Shown one piece after another: positions 62,077 through 63,630 of a stretch of 63,630 nt of DNA; position 1 is the first letter of the stretch, and each line of letters opens with the position of its first letter. Made by a program: the position numbers and the translations under genes. A model generated the notes under the pieces. It saw only the letters and a list, made by a program, of their open reading frames with translations. It was not told the origin of the DNA and searched no databases. The DNA is from an uncultured Pelagibacteraceae bacterium. Lineage in GTDB: Bacteria > Pseudomonadota > Alphaproteobacteria > Pelagibacterales > AG-422-B15. The stretch is from assembly GCA_902510025.1 (NCBI GenBank), contig CABWZX010000002.1, positions 1 to 63,630 on the forward strand. The letters run 5' to 3'.

Positions 62077-62834
62077 TGAAAGCTAAGAAATCTCTTGGAC
62101 AAAATTTTATTCATGATGAAAACTTTTTAAAAAAGTTGGATAATGAGATATTATCTAACTCAAAAAAGTTTATAATTGAAATTGGACCTGGGAAAGGTGC
62201 ATTAACCAAATATTTAACGAGAAAAAAATATAAAAAGATATTTCTTATTGAAAAAGATAGAGATCTTATTGAGCAACTAAATAAGCAAAATATAAACAAC
62301 AAAAATGTTTTTATTAAAAATGAGGATGCTTTAAAGTTTGATTTGTTGAATTTAAATCTGGAGTCAAACTCAATAATTGTAGGCAATCTTCCATTTAATG
62401 TTTCAGCTCAACTCCTTATAAAATGGATAAAATTAAAGGAATGGCCACCTTTCTTTGAAAAAATGTACCTCATGTTTCAAAAAGAATTGGGTGAAAGAAT
62501 AATTTCAAACGAAAATTCTAAATCGTACGGAAGAATATCTGTTATGGCGCAATCTAGGTGCAGTGTAAAAAAAATATTTATTGCGCCATCAGGAATCTTT
62601 ACCCCTAAACCTAAAGTTGACGGAATAGTTCTTGAATTTACTCCAGTTCATAAAAACGTAAATATAGATAAGCTAGAAATTATTCTAAGAAAAGCATTTC
62701 AACAAAGGAGAAAAAAAATTAAATCCAGTTTAAAAGAATATAAAAAGATTTTGGAAAAGAATAAATTTGATCTTGACTTGAGGGCCGAAAATCTAACAGT
62801 TAATGATTATTGTAATATCTCTAATCTAATTTAA
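62076..62834 (+). CDS. rsmA: 16S rRNA (adenine1518/1519-N6)-dimethyltransferase
   Basis: 252 aa with KSLGQNFI, IEIGPGKGALT (SAM motif) and GNLPFNVS (catalytic NLPY-type) motifs. Confidence 0.93.
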   Translation: MKAKKSLGQNFIHDENFLKKLDNEILSNSKKFIIEIGPGKGALTKYLTRKKYKKIFLIEKDRDLIEQLNKQNINNKNVFIKNEDALKFDLLNLNLESNSIIVGNLPFNVSAQLLIKWIKLKEWPPFFEKMYLMFQKELGERIISNENSKSYGRISVMAQSRCSVKKIFIAPSGIFTPKPKVDGIVLEFTPVHKNVNIDKLEIILRKAFQQRRKKIKSSLKEYKKILEKNKFDLDLRAENLTVNDYCNISNLI

Positions 62835-62840
62835 AAGAAT

Positions 62841-63428
62841 TTAATTTCTTTCATTGTTTATAATTTTAATTATTTCTTTTGTACATTCATCTAAATTTTT
62901 ATTAAGAACAATATATTTATATTCATCCTTATGACTCAGCTCTGTTTCATATTCTAACATTCTCTGTTGTACTGTTTCGATGTCATCACCTGAATCATTT
63001 TGACGCATTACAAGCCTTTCTTGAATTGATTCTTTGGAAGGAGGTATGATAAAAATAGTTACAATTCTAGGATAATTAGACTTTATTATTTGTTGAGCGC
63101 CTTGCCAGTCAATATCAAATAAAACATCATAGCTACGCAATATATGACTATCTACATGTGATCGGACTGAACCATAATAATTACCAAAAACTTTTGCATA
63201 TTCTAAAAACTCATTTCCATCTATCATCTTTTCAAATTTTTCGACATCTACAAAATAATAATCATGACCATTAATTTCATTATCTCGCGACTTTCTAGTT
63301 GTAGTAGAAATAGAGAGCTTAATGTTAGAATCTAATTTTAATAGATTTTTACAAATAGAGGTTTTGCCAGCTCCAGATGGCGATGAAATAATGATTATTA
63401 ATGGTTTATTCTTGTTTCTATTATCCAT
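62841..63428 (-). CDS. gmk: guanylate kinase
   Basis: 195 aa with P-loop SSPSGAGKTS, TTRKSRDNEINGHDYYFV and EYAKVFGNYYG motifs. Confidence 0.93.
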   Translation of the reverse strand: MDNRNKNKPLIIIISSPSGAGKTSICKNLLKLDSNIKLSISTTTRKSRDNEINGHDYYFVDVEKFEKMIDGNEFLEYAKVFGNYYGSVRSHVDSHILRSYDVLFDIDWQGAQQIIKSNYPRIVTIFIIPPSKESIQERLVMRQNDSGDDIETVQQRMLEYETELSHKDEYKYIVLNKNLDECTKEIIKIINNERN

Positions 63429-63630
63429 TAAACTTAGAAAATATTAGTGATACATTTGTACCACCAAAACCAAAAGAATTCGACAATACATTATTAACAT
63501 TCATTTCTAAAGGTTGATTTTGGATAAAATTGATATTTGAAACAGGTACGGGATAATCTAAATTAATAGTATATGGCAAGATACCTTCATTGATAGATTT
63601 AATCGAATAAATTGCCTCAACTGCACCTGC
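63421..63630 (-). CDS. fabF: beta-ketoacyl-ACP synthase II, C-terminal 69 aa only (gene enters from beyond the window end)
   Basis: My own reverse-complement translation gives AGAVEAIYSIKSINEGILPYTINLDYPVPV...NVLSNSFGFGGTNVSLIFSKFNG*. The SNSFGFGGTN block is the KAS I/II C-terminal signature. The stop at 63423-63421 overlaps the gmk start by 8 nt. Confidence 0.8.
   Translation of the reverse strand, partial: AGAVEAIYSIKSINEGILPYTINLDYPVPVSNINFIQNQPLEMNVNNVLSNSFGFGGTNVSLIFSKFNG

Noticed and set aside
1-63630. CRISPR arrays, rRNA genes, IS elements, prophage or defence gene cassettes.
   Set aside because: There are no repeat-spacer periodicity, no rRNA-like GC-rich stretch and no transposase-, integrase- or nuclease-type ORFs. 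Every ORF of 130 aa or more is accounted for by a housekeeping or hypothetical membrane assignment.

Overview
This is an AT-rich, very gene-dense chromosomal segment. It has almost no intergenic DNA, many 1-30 nt gene overlaps, and convergent genes that abut or overlap. Gene order and content point to a free-living, genome-streamlined alphaproteobacterium, probably Pelagibacterales/SAR11-like; that taxonomic call is inference only.

Content is overwhelmingly core housekeeping, in this order:
- coaX (5' part) and birA
- a complete 14-gene complex I operon, nuoN to nuoA on the minus strand
- a short accessory-looking patch ending at tRNA-Lys(UUU): an SMP-30-like protein, a flavodoxin-fold reductase, an adhC-gfa-methyltransferase-DMT transporter operon, and two unknown membrane proteins
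- cysE-rrf2-sufB-sufC-sufD-sufS-sufU-msrB-sufT
- an alpha/beta hydrolase, anmK, tyrS, and a large AsmA/YhdP-like envelope protein
- prfB with its programmed +1 frameshift, mrcA, rne, and an M48/TPR protease
- aroQ-accB-accC, then an NDUFA12-like gene plus a DUF2155-like gene
- the class II (B12-dependent) ribonucleotide reductase nrdJ, aspS and rnd
- hda-pgsA-DUF2066-like, divergent from purM-purN
- ndk, then pepA divergent from lptF-lptG-lptD-surA(short)-rsmA
- gmk and the 3' end of fabF

I found no CRISPR array, transposase, integrase, rRNA, prophage, or recognisable defence or secondary-metabolite cluster. I do not see a convincing novel multi-gene system.

The best leads are modest:
- a roughly 130-150 aa lineage-specific insertion in NuoG
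- an uncharacterised methyltransferase and transporter coupled to the glutathione-formaldehyde genes
- a signal-peptide-bearing, zinc-less MsrB embedded in the suf operon
- two unknown membrane proteins next to tRNA-Lys
- the long leader of nrdJ
- a complete lack of room for terminators at all eight convergent gene junctions
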